From a virus: 64,000 nt of DNA. The stretch is taken from the IMG/VR virus record IMGVR_UViG_3300030019_000008. One strand, 5' to 3'. Below are positions 1 to 11,000 of this stretch, piece after piece (the first letter of the stretch is position 1; each line of letters opens with the position of its first letter). The notes beneath the pieces were generated by a model that was not told where the DNA came from, searched no databases, and saw only the letters and a list, made by a program, of their open reading frames with translations. The translations under genes and the position numbers were made by a program.

Positions 1-346
1 AAACCAAAGTGTCACGACGAACTAAGTTGGTATTGACAACCACCTTAGCACCAGGCTCGAAAAAGAATTCGTAATAGTCAGAATCATCAACCGTCACAAT
101 CTTGAAGCTCGTGGGTTCAATCTGAATCATCGAGTTGACGATATTTGTAGCCATCAAGGTATCGTCAATCACGATAGCGAAGATACCGACGATGTATGTC
201 TCCACACCTACGAAAGCCATGTTGCGTTCACGGAACCGCGCCGGAATGTAGATCTTTGTGGGTTTCGTGGCAAAGAGACTATTGCCCACCTTCTTCAAAG
301 AACTCTTAACGGCTTCCGGACTACGAACAAAACGAGTGATATCCAT
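1..346 (-). CDS. Probable vRNAP beta'-C small subunit (SPN3US gp244 / phiKZ gp176-like), runs off the window start
   Basis: Hand-translated from ATG at 346 (MDITRFVRSPEAVKSSLKKVGNSLFATKPTKIYIPARF...YYEFFFEPGAKVVVNTNLVRRDTLV), open to base 1 and absent from the ORF track. Assignment rests on synteny after the beta, small ORF and head-protein genes. Confidence 0.6.
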   Translation of the reverse strand, partial: MDITRFVRSPEAVKSSLKKVGNSLFATKPTKIYIPARFRERNMAFVGVETYIVGIFAIVIDDTLMATNIVNSMIQIEPTSFKIVTVDDSDYYEFFFEPGAKVVVNTNLVRRDTLV

Positions 347-366
347 TTTCTTTTTTCCGTGAATAA

Positions 367-400
367 AGACACTCTGGTAGCTAGAGCTACCAGAGTGTCT
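367..400. terminator. 15-bp perfect hairpin (palindrome family)
   Basis: AGACACTCTGGTAGC-TAGA-GCTACCAGAGTGTCT, 6 nt from the GCA-TAA stop of the 476-aa gene. Confidence 0.6.
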
Positions 401-406
401 GTGAAG

Positions 407-1837
407 TTATGCGAGTCGCATCTGATCGAAACACCAGTCACTGATGTATTCGATTTCAGCAATGGTCGAGACTTCACGAGGATCGAGTTTCGGGTTCTCT
501 TTCGAGAGCGCGTCGATTCGGCTCAGCAGCTTTTCGGCATCGGTCCGATAGTACCTGGACCGTCCCAGAAGACGCAGTGCCACACCATAAGGATCAACCA
601 GCTCTCGCTCATTGATCCGATCGAGCTCATCCGAGAACTTCTCGAAGATCAGAGCACGAGGGATTTCCAGATCGAGTTGGTCGGCAGCAATCATCCGACC
701 AAACACCGAGTGCATTGCAGCCTTGGTCTTTGCGAACTTGTACTTGTTGTCCGACACACTGGCCATGGCCACATGCTTGTTCCAGAGACCAGACAGCTCG
801 CCTTTCTTGCTCAGGAATTCTTCGAGCGTAAAGACAGGCATCTTGGCCAGCAGTGAGCCGAGTACTGCATCAGCATCACCGCCTTGTTCCAGGAACTGAT
901 CGTAGACATCCTTGTTGACAACAATCTCACGAGCTGTGCGGTCGATGAAACGAACCACGATCGGCTTGGTGGTGGCATTCGCTTCAATGATTTTGAGTTC
1001 ATTGAAGAGCATTGCCCCAGCCAGTTCGTTGAGCGTGCGCATTTCCATGTTGTAGTTGGAAAGCGTCAGAGGCGTACCATCCGGAGGATTGTCGATGAAA
1101 CCATTGGAGAGCAGGAAGATCGCCAACAGTTCATCGAGCTTCGACGTCACACTGCCGGAAAAAGATGCTCGCTGACCGATGAAGTTCTGGATGCGATCGG
1201 TGTATTCGTTTCCGAACACGCTATAGTAGACCGTATCAAGAAACTTTTCACCTTTGCCAGCCAGCCAGACCGAGATCGAGATATCGAGATCGGAGTTACC
1301 GGTCTTCACTCGAGCTGCCAGAGTCTCAGGCTCCACAGCGCCCATGACGAACGGCAGGCGATAAGCCGGATTGATGGCGACCGACTGGAACTTCTCGAGC
1401 AGTGTTTCGAACGTGGGGTGCAGCAGCGGTTGCGGAGGATTCCAGCTCACGACGGAGAAACTCATGGTCTCATCGCGAGGAATGGTTCTCATCACTTCAT
1501 CGACCTGAGTGACGAATTGTTCCACGGCAGGAGCCACCACATTCTTCGCATACGAGATGTGGTTGGAGACAGCCTTGGCCAGTTCCGGAACGAGTTCATC
1601 GACGATCATGTCGTGGGACTTGACGATCATCCCGCTGGCGGAACTGTGGACTTGTTCAGTGCCTTCACTGAACGACATGGCGAACTGACCGCCGACATCC
1701 TTGCTGACAAACAGACCGGTCGTGTGATTGACCAGCTGATTCATAGGCGAGGGATCGACTGCCGTCAGAGACAGATTCTTTGCAACCACTGCCTGGGCGA
1801 GGGGGAATGCCGCTGTTACGGCTTCATTGGTAAGCAC
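407..1837 (-). CDS. Virion (head) protein, SPN3US gp243 / phiKZ gp177-like
   Basis: 476-aa ORF with an AAGGAG SD. Position in the conserved vRNAP operon. Confidence 0.6.
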   Translation of the reverse strand: MLTNEAVTAAFPLAQAVVAKNLSLTAVDPSPMNQLVNHTTGLFVSKDVGGQFAMSFSEGTEQVHSSASGMIVKSHDMIVDELVPELAKAVSNHISYAKNVVAPAVEQFVTQVDEVMRTIPRDETMSFSVVSWNPPQPLLHPTFETLLEKFQSVAINPAYRLPFVMGAVEPETLAARVKTGNSDLDISISVWLAGKGEKFLDTVYYSVFGNEYTDRIQNFIGQRASFSGSVTSKLDELLAIFLLSNGFIDNPPDGTPLTLSNYNMEMRTLNELAGAMLFNELKIIEANATTKPIVVRFIDRTAREIVVNKDVYDQFLEQGGDADAVLGSLLAKMPVFTLEEFLSKKGELSGLWNKHVAMASVSDNKYKFAKTKAAMHSVFGRMIAADQLDLEIPRALIFEKFSDELDRINERELVDPYGVALRLLGRSRYYRTDAEKLLSRIDALSKENPKLDPREVSTIAEIEYISDWCFDQMRLA

Positions 1838-1850
1838 TTTGCAGCTCCTT

Positions 1851-2048
1851 TCATGCCTTGAGCGAATTGGCCAGTCGAGCAGTGAAGTTCGAAACAGCCA
1901 GATTGTAGATCGATTGACGAGTCAGTGCCTCGCCACCCAGAGAGTCAGCCACATCGTTACCCACAGTGGCCAACGTCACCTGCGCAGTCAGCTCGGCAGC
2001 ATTTGCCACTGTCGAGAGAGTGTTTTTAAGCTTTTCTTCAGTGTTCAT
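1851..2048 (-). CDS. Small conserved-position protein (SPN3US gp242-like)
   Basis: 65-aa ORF filling the gap between the beta gene and the 476-aa gene, same strand. Confidence 0.65.
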   Translation of the reverse strand: MNTEEKLKNTLSTVANAAELTAQVTLATVGNDVADSLGGEALTRQSIYNLAVSNFTARLANSLKA

Positions 2049-2086
2049 ACAGCAATGCGGGCCAGCTATTTACTGGCCCGCCTCCT
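2049..2086 (-). promoter_or_regulatory. SD (AGGAGG) separated from the ATG by a GC-rich hairpin
   Basis: Minus strand reads TAA-AGGAGG-CGGGCCAG-TAAATAG-CTGGCCCG-CATTGCTGT-ATG. Confidence 0.6.
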
Positions 2087-5000
2087 TTACTTGACGTTGT
2101 TATAGGCTGCGACTGCCTTCTTTGCGATTTCTTTCAAAAGGGTAGCAGTAGTTCCGATGATGTACGGGCTTGTCACGATGCGGTTATAGATACTCTTACC
2201 GCTGAACAAGGCGTCAACCTTCACACCTGTTTCACTGACAATTTCGTTTTCGAACACATCAGAGATCACGGACTTGTTCTGGTTAGCGAAGACTACTTTG
2301 TCGCCAATACCAGCAGGCTGTTCGTGTGTCATGTAGATCCGAATACAAGCAGCATCTGCAGGCAACGGATCTCCTTCTACTCTGAAGCTATCGTCAACGC
2401 CCCCATCCAAGGCGGCCCCATCCACAGACTTGTTACGCTGTGTCAGCATCTTGTCCGAGGCATTCGTAATGGTTCGCAAGGAAGCAGACATATCCTCCTT
2501 CTCGCCATTGTAATACACCTCGACTCTCTCCACGTGACCGGTGTGTTTAGCGCGAGGCACCTGAGCACTCAGATACTGCAGCGACGTCATTGCTTCATCG
2601 GAGAATCCACCATTTCTGGCACTGACCTCATCCTCAATGACACATAGGATAGAGTCAGACTCGAGCTCATCTCCTACTTTAACCAGCTTGTGAATGCTGT
2701 CCTTGAATCCAACAATGATGTCTCGTGTGTACGCAACAGTCGTCTTCAACTTCTCAGCCACTCTTGATGAGACGGCAGAGGAGTCTTCAAGAGTACGCAC
2801 ATCTTCAAGTAGCGCTACCTTGGAGTAGAAACCAATCTTGAAGACTGCTTGATCCTTGTTAAACGTATCGCGTTCAAAGAAACCCTTGTTGTAGGAGATG
2901 ATTGCTCCCTCTTTGAACTTCTGACCAACTCGCATGTCGGTCGTCAATTCATGAGGGACAGTCAAGCCCTGTGCTTTACCAAATCTACGACCGAGTTCGA
3001 TACCGACTTTCTTACCGTCATCATATTCAATTATGATGCCAGTGTCAGATACCGAAACCACCTTACCGGCCTTTTTCGCAGTAGTGGCGAACATAGGACC
3101 AGTGCGGTGTGCCATCACATACTCATAACCAGTTCTGACCATCGGAGCTCTTGCACCCACACATGCCATGGAGTGAGAGTTCTGGATTGAGATAAACCCT
3201 ACGCGCTTGGGATCATCATTCAAAGCCCCTGGGGCTAACAATGCGCTGGTAGACAATAGAGCCGTAGCTCCGGTCTTACCGATTTCGTATCCTCTTGACA
3301 GTCCTCGCTGAGATGAGAACTGAGGGTCAGCACTGGTGAATACGTTGATACCCACATCACCCGAGTCGACCGTAGCTTCAGAGATCACACCCATGTCATT
3401 CTTGTGGTAGGCACGAGTGTGCTTGGTCATGCTCCTTGAAGTACGACCACCTACTCCACCGAAGGTAACAGCTTCTATTTCCTTCAGGTTCTGAATAGGA
3501 TTGATCTCAGAGAGCAAGATCTTGCTAGGGTCTTGAGTGATGTTCATCAAGACAGCCATCGGATTGAGTTCAATAGGCGGCTTGGTATTGTCCAGACGAG
3601 AACGCTGCATGCGAACAGCCTTCACAATCTCCGAATAGACAGCACCAGCGAACCGTTCATACCCTTTCTTACGCATGTATGCAGGATCGATCTCCTCAGG
3701 GTGATAATCCGTTTGCAGCAGCTCAACAGCCCGCATCAAGATCCCACGGAACGTGGTAGGTTCGTTGAGCTCCATGAGCAGCTCACGAGTGATTGGGTCG
3801 ATGAACAGTTCATTGATGAGCTGGATCTCCTTGAGATGGCGATTGCTCAACTTGTAAGCTTCCAGCACGTTAAGATACACGTGAGGTTGGTTGAATTCAT
3901 AGACGCTGTAGAGCCTGATAGCGTCTTTGTACTCCCTGAATCCACCCAGGATCAAACTCGCAATCTTGTCATCACGGTCGAATACCAGAGTCTCATCTTC
4001 GAAGGTAATGCCGTATTCAGAAGGCAGCAGTTTGACTTGCTTACCAGCTTCCACACGACGCACTTCAATCTTCAAAGACGCGATCAGCTTTTCAAGACCG
4101 AGCTGATAAGCCAGGATGATGCCCACCGGAATATCGCGACCCAACACTTTCATGGTAGCGCAGTCGACAGGAGCCTTGGCAGACTCCACACCCAGCATTT
4201 CTTCAAACGACTTGAAAGGAGACAAGACTCCCTTCTCACCGAGGAGGATGTTGCTGAACTTATCGAGCACGATCACCTTGGGCTGAGCACCTGCTTTCTT
4301 GCCAACCTCTACCGCAGCAACAATGGAACCATCAGCCTCGTACATATCCCGCAAGCTCTTATCGATCATCTGTTCGCGTTTGACGTGGTCAAAGACGAAC
4401 TGAAAGCCTGCGAGTTGGAAGCTGATGTACCCCATCGACAAAGTCGTGTAAAGCTTGGGTGCTTCGAAGAGATGGTCGAAAACGTTACCGGCATTGAATT
4501 CACTGATAGGCGAATCTTCCATCAATGCAGTCTCAGCCACACGGTTTCTCAACCAAGCCCCATAATCGTTGACTCGTTTCTCACTGCGACAAACAAACAC
4601 TTTTCCATAGTAGCTTGTGAGAGCCACACGGTTAGGACCTACCTTGTGAATAGGCAGATCTCCGATTTGCTTACGCATACGGTACTTCGAACCATTGACT
4701 TCAAAGACCCCGTTCTCATCCACACTCGGCAAGGTGAAGCAGACCGTCGAAGGCTTTCCATTGACTGGCACAAACTGAACGCTGTAATTATCGTGCTTAC
4801 CCATGATCGTCTCAACGTGCTCGACTTCATAGTTGGTCACGGCAATGCCGGCATTCTGGAAGTTCAGGACAGATGCAGCGATGTCCCGACCCATCGTGTT
4901 TTCAATGTACTTGCTATCGAACTCAAGCAGACTGCTCTTGAGCATGGTCTTATCAGCGACCTGAGGAATGTCCGGCACCTGTTTGGATTCAGGCATTGCC

Positions 5001-6379
5001 AACTCTTCAGTGCTGACTTGAACATACTTGTCCAGAGTGGTCTTACCGTCAGGAGACTTGAGTGTCTTGTACGTCCTCGACAGAGCGATGTATCGTTTGT
5101 ACTCGGCAGCAGAGACACGTCCTATCTCAGCGAGGCTGTCGCAATAGCTTCTGACCCCTTGCTCCAGATCTTGTTTGAAAGCACGATCATAGAGGTCAAT
5201 AGCTTCAGCTTCTTGCGACTTGGCCAGTTCAATTCGCTGACTGATCTTCTCGAGTTGAGCCAGATCCTTGTCCACTTCAGCCATGGAGGGCAATTGCAAC
5301 TCATCCACGACTGATTCAGGATTGTTGACACTACCAGGGCGAGCTTGAGCAGGTAGCGGGCCTTCCTTGGTCGTCTTACCACCAAAGGCTGAAGGCGTAG
5401 CACCAATGACCAGCAACTTGGAATGGTCGTCGGAGATCTGCTCTTCGTCGTCTCCAGGAGTTTCAGGCACCCCTTCTTCATTGAGGATGTCGGCGCTATT
5501 ACCACCCCCTGATCTGAAAGACATCGCCACAGCCATCATCCGCAGATAGTACTTTTGCAGCTGAATAGGCGACGTACCTTTCTCAGAGAGCTCTGCGTCT
5601 TTCTCGATCTCTTCCTTGGTGTGACACCGCCATCCGTTCATGACCCCCAAGTTGACGACAAACCACTTACCCGTATCCACATAAACCAGGTTGACACGGT
5701 TCAGTTTATCCTCAGGAATCTTCGAGAGCATGGATGCTGAGCGATTCTCACCCAACCACTTCCAGAGTTCGAGCAAGAACCTCGAAGAATCATTCGGGAA
5801 GAGCTTAATGAGTTTGGTGGTCAGAGACAGACTCTCACCCATTTTCAGGATAGAGGCAGAAGGCAACACTGTCGGTATGTCGATAAAGACATACTGATCA
5901 CGATCGGTAAGCTCAGCTGCTCTGGCTACATTCTCCCACACCAAGGATTCCAGGTTCTGCCACCGATAGTAATCGGTGTACTGGGTACGCTGGTATCGGT
6001 AGATGTTGTCGATCAGGGCATAGTTGAGCACAGCCAGTGAGAGCTGATCCTTAACAGCCTCCACTTCCTTGAGCAGTTTGAAACGACGATTCGTCATGTG
6101 GAACTTACGAATCATTGCATCCACAGATACACCCAGCCTTCTGGGCTTTCCTTCAAGCGAGTGCAGCTCGACGACGTGCTTCACCCAAATAGGCTTGGTG
6201 ATGTTGGCAAAAAGAGAATCATTGGGACTCGGACCAGTTTGATCCACAGTTCCTTGCCTGAAATGCAACAATGCATTGCGAGGCAATTCCAATTCGGTAA
6301 TCGGGGCCATGACAGGCTTGTTCAGCATGCCTGGCACTCGAATACCATACTTCTTGAAGAAGTACGGGTAGTAAAGCAT
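2087..6379 (-). CDS. rpoB: Virion RNA polymerase beta subunit, large N-terminal part (phiKZ gp178-like)
   Basis: 1430 aa with beta-like motifs (EDS, GDKVVFANQNKSVI, DDPKR, SEATVDSGDVG). Lacks the beta C-terminus, which is encoded at 21616-22290. Confidence 0.9.
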   Translation of the reverse strand: MLYYPYFFKKYGIRVPGMLNKPVMAPITELELPRNALLHFRQGTVDQTGPSPNDSLFANITKPIWVKHVVELHSLEGKPRRLGVSVDAMIRKFHMTNRRFKLLKEVEAVKDQLSLAVLNYALIDNIYRYQRTQYTDYYRWQNLESLVWENVARAAELTDRDQYVFIDIPTVLPSASILKMGESLSLTTKLIKLFPNDSSRFLLELWKWLGENRSASMLSKIPEDKLNRVNLVYVDTGKWFVVNLGVMNGWRCHTKEEIEKDAELSEKGTSPIQLQKYYLRMMAVAMSFRSGGGNSADILNEEGVPETPGDDEEQISDDHSKLLVIGATPSAFGGKTTKEGPLPAQARPGSVNNPESVVDELQLPSMAEVDKDLAQLEKISQRIELAKSQEAEAIDLYDRAFKQDLEQGVRSYCDSLAEIGRVSAAEYKRYIALSRTYKTLKSPDGKTTLDKYVQVSTEELAMPESKQVPDIPQVADKTMLKSSLLEFDSKYIENTMGRDIAASVLNFQNAGIAVTNYEVEHVETIMGKHDNYSVQFVPVNGKPSTVCFTLPSVDENGVFEVNGSKYRMRKQIGDLPIHKVGPNRVALTSYYGKVFVCRSEKRVNDYGAWLRNRVAETALMEDSPISEFNAGNVFDHLFEAPKLYTTLSMGYISFQLAGFQFVFDHVKREQMIDKSLRDMYEADGSIVAAVEVGKKAGAQPKVIVLDKFSNILLGEKGVLSPFKSFEEMLGVESAKAPVDCATMKVLGRDIPVGIILAYQLGLEKLIASLKIEVRRVEAGKQVKLLPSEYGITFEDETLVFDRDDKIASLILGGFREYKDAIRLYSVYEFNQPHVYLNVLEAYKLSNRHLKEIQLINELFIDPITRELLMELNEPTTFRGILMRAVELLQTDYHPEEIDPAYMRKKGYERFAGAVYSEIVKAVRMQRSRLDNTKPPIELNPMAVLMNITQDPSKILLSEINPIQNLKEIEAVTFGGVGGRTSRSMTKHTRAYHKNDMGVISEATVDSGDVGINVFTSADPQFSSQRGLSRGYEIGKTGATALLSTSALLAPGALNDDPKRVGFISIQNSHSMACVGARAPMVRTGYEYVMAHRTGPMFATTAKKAGKVVSVSDTGIIIEYDDGKKVGIELGRRFGKAQGLTVPHELTTDMRVGQKFKEGAIISYNKGFFERDTFNKDQAVFKIGFYSKVALLEDVRTLEDSSAVSSRVAEKLKTTVAYTRDIIVGFKDSIHKLVKVGDELESDSILCVIEDEVSARNGGFSDEAMTSLQYLSAQVPRAKHTGHVERVEVYYNGEKEDMSASLRTITNASDKMLTQRNKSVDGAALDGGVDDSFRVEGDPLPADAACIRIYMTHEQPAGIGDKVVFANQNKSVISDVFENEIVSETGVKVDALFSGKSIYNRIVTSPYIIGTTATLLKEIAKKAVAAYNNVK

Positions 6380-6381
6380 TT

Positions 6382-8004
6382 TTAACCCCGAGTCATATTA
6401 CGGAATACGAAGTTGGTGGTGTCATTGCTCACAGATGCGATAAAGTGACCGTCGGTTCCGATGTACGCTTTGCGCTTATGAAGAAACTCGTGAGCTTCTT
6501 CAATAGTGTCGTCAGCATAGCCGCCAGAACCAGACAGGGTGTCTCCATCGAAGTCAGCACCCAGGCCAGTGAGCTTACTGGAGTGCGGAATCTGTGTATT
6601 CACAAAGGAAGACTTCGTAGGAAATGCCAGGGCTGTAAATTCTTCACCCATAGGCTCCCACGAATCACTGAGCTCTTGCCTGACCTCAGAGCGGTTTGTC
6701 GGCTTGAGATAGACCAAAGACGGATAGATACTACCAATACCCGTAATCGGATACCGAGTCACATAGAACGGGAACTTGTTCGTCTGCTGATAAATAGAGC
6801 AGTAGAAGAGTTCCGTATACGTAATAGGCTCAACCAGTGTTTTGTCCAGCTCAGGAGGAACATCGTCGATGTCGTTGATGACCTTGAAAGTTCCATCCTT
6901 ACCTTTATAGATCAGCGCCAGGTAATGGCTGTTGATCATCACGGGTCTGTGACGGATGTCTTCATTCTCGTAGATGTTGAAGAGCTGTTCCATGCCGGTG
7001 TTACTTGTCCAGGCATCGAAGACTTCGACACGTACCTTAACTGGCTCAGACTTGAGAGTCTTTGTGTTGACCAGATTGACAGGTTGGTCTTTTGTTACGA
7101 AGATCTTGGAGACGTACTTATTTCGCACCATGTAAACCGTCTTCGGTAGGAAGGCCCTCAGGGCTTGGTACAGACCAATGACGGTATTGTTAAAGCGCAC
7201 ATTCTCAGGAGCACCCAGTTCTCGAGCAGTGGTATCCATACTGGAAGCCACGTTACGCGTTGTATTGAAGATACGTCTCGTAGCCCACTTACCCAGGATC
7301 AACTTGTGCTTACCGTTGACCATGTTTTCGAGCATCTCGTAGATCTGATTGAATGTCAATTGCAGAGTCAGACGTGATCTATCGATGATCTCAGGGTTGT
7401 TCCGAATAGCGGCTTCTGTGATGATGGATGAGACATTGATCAGCTTTCTGTAGAGCGGATTGATCTCATGCTCTTCAGTACGACCTCCACGAGTGATCTC
7501 CACATCTCGAATACCAGCTGGGATCACAATGATCTTATCGATCATCGCGTCATCAGCATACTTTTCAAGTAGCGAAATCATCTGGTTGCGGATATCGCTT
7601 TTGTTTCTTTGGAATTTGATCTCACGCCAGTGCTCAACAAAGAAGTTGAATCCAGTCATGCCATTGAGAGCTGTTGCTCTTTCGAAATCGGTAATGGCAG
7701 GATTCCAGATTGCAAACTCTTTGCCGGTGATAATGTCCGCATAAAAGCCGCGCAGACGCTCAAAGCACTTGTAGATGATCGGGTGAAAGATCTTGACTTT
7801 GATGTCGATGTAGGAGAAGCGCCTGTTACGGACCTTGTCTCCCACACGACCAAAAATGGAAGTAGAAAACAATCCATCTTCATGGAAGTTAGTTCCACTA
7901 CCACCTTGGTAGATATCGGAAACACGAATAGGTTTTAGTCCCCTCAAGTCGTCTGGTGTAGGATCAAGCAGCTCGACATTGAACGGAATATTCAGATTTG
8001 ACAT
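6382..8004 (-). CDS. rpoC: Virion RNA polymerase beta' subunit with catalytic motif (phiKZ gp180-like)
   Basis: 540 aa with DGLFSTSIFG, LILGKW, TRYP and GADFDGD (DxDGD Mg-binding motif). Confidence 0.92.
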   Translation of the reverse strand: MSNLNIPFNVELLDPTPDDLRGLKPIRVSDIYQGGSGTNFHEDGLFSTSIFGRVGDKVRNRRFSYIDIKVKIFHPIIYKCFERLRGFYADIITGKEFAIWNPAITDFERATALNGMTGFNFFVEHWREIKFQRNKSDIRNQMISLLEKYADDAMIDKIIVIPAGIRDVEITRGGRTEEHEINPLYRKLINVSSIITEAAIRNNPEIIDRSRLTLQLTFNQIYEMLENMVNGKHKLILGKWATRRIFNTTRNVASSMDTTARELGAPENVRFNNTVIGLYQALRAFLPKTVYMVRNKYVSKIFVTKDQPVNLVNTKTLKSEPVKVRVEVFDAWTSNTGMEQLFNIYENEDIRHRPVMINSHYLALIYKGKDGTFKVINDIDDVPPELDKTLVEPITYTELFYCSIYQQTNKFPFYVTRYPITGIGSIYPSLVYLKPTNRSEVRQELSDSWEPMGEEFTALAFPTKSSFVNTQIPHSSKLTGLGADFDGDTLSGSGGYADDTIEEAHEFLHKRKAYIGTDGHFIASVSNDTTNFVFRNMTRG

Positions 8005-8015
8005 AGGGGTGCTCC

Positions 8016-11000
8016 ATGTCCAAAAGTAAATCGAAGGGCGGAGATTTTGATTTTGATGATAAGGATCTTGACTTCGGCAATGATTTTGATTTTGATTTTG
8101 ATAAGATCAGTGCCGATAAAGCTCCTAAGGTAAAAGGTGGTCGTGCCGCTATCCAAGATGTAGGTCGCGGCATGATTGAAGGCATGAAGGATGAAGCGCT
8201 GTCAGCGAACTTCTTCAAACGGGTCGTCAAGAAGGCGCTACCCAAAGAATATGGCAAGGCGATGGATTTCGCAGAAGACTCTGTGGGAACCATAAAGGAT
8301 ACCTTTGCCGATGCTGCAAAGATTGCCAAACCCGCTATCAATCAGACCAAGCGCACCATCCAAAAGCTGGTGCCGAGTATGCGCGGCAAGATTCCTAAGG
8401 GAATGGCTGACAAACTCGAAGCCTGGTCCAAGCCTGAGTCTACTGGTGTAGGTGCTCAGGGTGATCAGCGAGAGTCTGGTCTACAAATGATGATGGCTAG
8501 CCTGTTCCAACAGCAGGCTGAAGATCAACAGGAGAAGGATGCTCAGACCGGGGCTAAATCCATGTTGCAGGACGCGTTGACAACGACGCGTCACAATGAC
8601 AACATGAGCCAGCTCGATGCTATCCGGATGAACACCCTTCGTCTGGCTACGTATCAGGATAGAGTTACTGCCCGATACCAGCGTCAGATGCTGGAGATCC
8701 AGTATCGTCACTACTTCGTGGCTCAGGACACTCTTGAAGAACTCAAGAAGGTTTCTGTCACAGCTACAACGAACCTGGAAGCCATCACACACAACACGGC
8801 ACTGCCTGAAATCCAGAAGATGAAGAAGTCTGAGTCCTTCAAGGAACAGATTCGGAATCGTTTTGTGGGCGGTGCACTCGATAGTGTGTTGGGAAAGCGT
8901 GGTGAGTTTGCTTCGAACTTCAAGAAGAACCTGGCAGGTACTGTTCAGTCCAAGATGAGGGACTTCACTGATTCCTTCACCACCGCACTTGAAGCTGCTG
9001 AATCCATGAACGACATGATGGAGTCGTCCAAGGAAATGGGCATGGATATGTCCTATAACCAGATCGGCGGTAGTATTGTCGGTGGCAGTATGGTTCAGAA
9101 GCTCGGTAACTGGCTGGGAGATAAGGCATCCAAGGCAATCGGGAAGAATAAGAAACTCGATACTGCTGTTCGTAAGGGTGCCCAGAATCTCGGTTATGGA
9201 ATGGAGAATAAAGAGCAACTTCTTAAAGACTTTGCTAACTCTGATAAATGGGACAACATCCCGATCATCGGAGGCTTTGTTCGAGGCATCAAGGATCTGG
9301 TTCCTTCTCTCAGAAACAGCATGTCGGTGACATCTGACAACATGCGAGGACTGAGAGAACCGGTAGCCTTCAACAATGGTGCCAACAAGTCCATCACCGA
9401 GATCATCCCTGGTTTTCTCTCTCGTATCCATCAAGAGCTGAAGATCATTCGTACAGGGGATGCTTCCACTGAAGCTCTGGTATATGACCACAGCGCTAAT
9501 AAGTTCTCTGAACACACGACATTCAAGGCTAAGGTATTCGGTGACCTAATCCGTAAGGATGACCGTGAGCGCACTGATCGTGATTCTGATGCACTGATCG
9601 ACATGATCGACCCAAAGAAGAAGCTCAAGAGACATGAGCGTGCTGCTTTGAGTAAGCATCTGATCACGAACAACATCAATGGAGTCACAGCCGATCCTAC
9701 CCAGTTGGCCAGGACTAGTCACTATACTGGTGATGCTGCAAAGCACGCCAAGAAGTTCTCACGTCTGTTCAAAGATGCTTTCAAGATCGATGATGAAGGC
9801 AAGATGGCGGGCACAGTTGAGTCCGCTACTCTTCGTAGACAGTTCGCGAGCAAGTACAACGAGCTGGGGTCTGCATTCAGTGGGATCAATGGCAGGATGC
9901 AGGACTATGTGAATGCTGGTAACTATCAGCAGCTGCAAGAACTAGGGATCATCGATGACCAAGGGTATGTGAACAACAAACTCATGGAAGAGTACATGGG
10001 TGGCAAGATGCCTAACCTGGGTCAAAAGCCCAATGGTCCTGTCAAGCCTACCACTACCCAACAGTCTTTGATGAACCAAATCCATACTGATCACACTACC
10101 CAGACCAATGCCAAGAACATCAACAGGCGTCGTCGTGGTAAGCGCGGTATGTTTGGAGATCCGGACGGTGAGGATATCAGCACACCGAAGGGCTGGAATA
10201 AGGATGTCATTAACAACCAAGAGCGCATGATTGAAGCGATCAAGGAAGCGAACACATCTGAGACAACTGACAAGATACTCGAAGCAGTAGTGTCTATCGG
10301 TTCTATCCTGCCGGAGCTCTCCTTCACGGGCGGTAATGGAGATCCGAAGCAAGCTGAGAAACTCGGCTTCTTCCAGCGCAGCATTGGCGGGTTGCTCTCC
10401 AGTGGTATTAAGGGAGCATTCTCTGGTGCGCGTAAGCTCGTCACTGGATCTTTGAAACTCGGGATGAAACTCACCCGCGGTGTGTTTAAAGGTACAGGTT
10501 GGGGAGCAGGTAAGGTATTGGGTGGTCTTGGTTGGGCAAAGAACTATCTCACCAGCAAGTATGAGGCTGCCGACATTTGGGTTAAGGGCGATCTCAAACC
10601 TCGTCTTCTTGCCTGGAAGTTGGAAGCCGGTGAGTACCTCGATGCCAAAACTGGTGAAGTGATCACGAAGCTCGAGGACATCAAAGGCGATATCAAAGAT
10701 AAAGCCGGCAACATCGTGATGACTCTTGAGGACTTCAAGAAAGCTTATGTACCTAAAGCCAAGATGCGCATCACTCGAGCTATCCAAAGCATCGCCAGTC
10801 TTGCTAAGGGTGCTCTGGACATGGGTCTCAATGGAACCAGATCCTTGTACTCTGCCATGTGGAAGTACGGCAAGATGGGACATGCCTTCCTTCAGGATAA
10901 ACTCAGTCGTGGTGAGGATGTCTATGTGAAGGGGGAGAAGCTGCCTCGCTTGACTGCTATCGTCATGCGTGGTAAAGGCTACTTCTCAGTCAACACAGGT

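Noticed and set aside
3533-5314. 593-aa + strand ORF
   Set aside because: Antisense shadow of the vRNAP beta gene, with no SD or motifs
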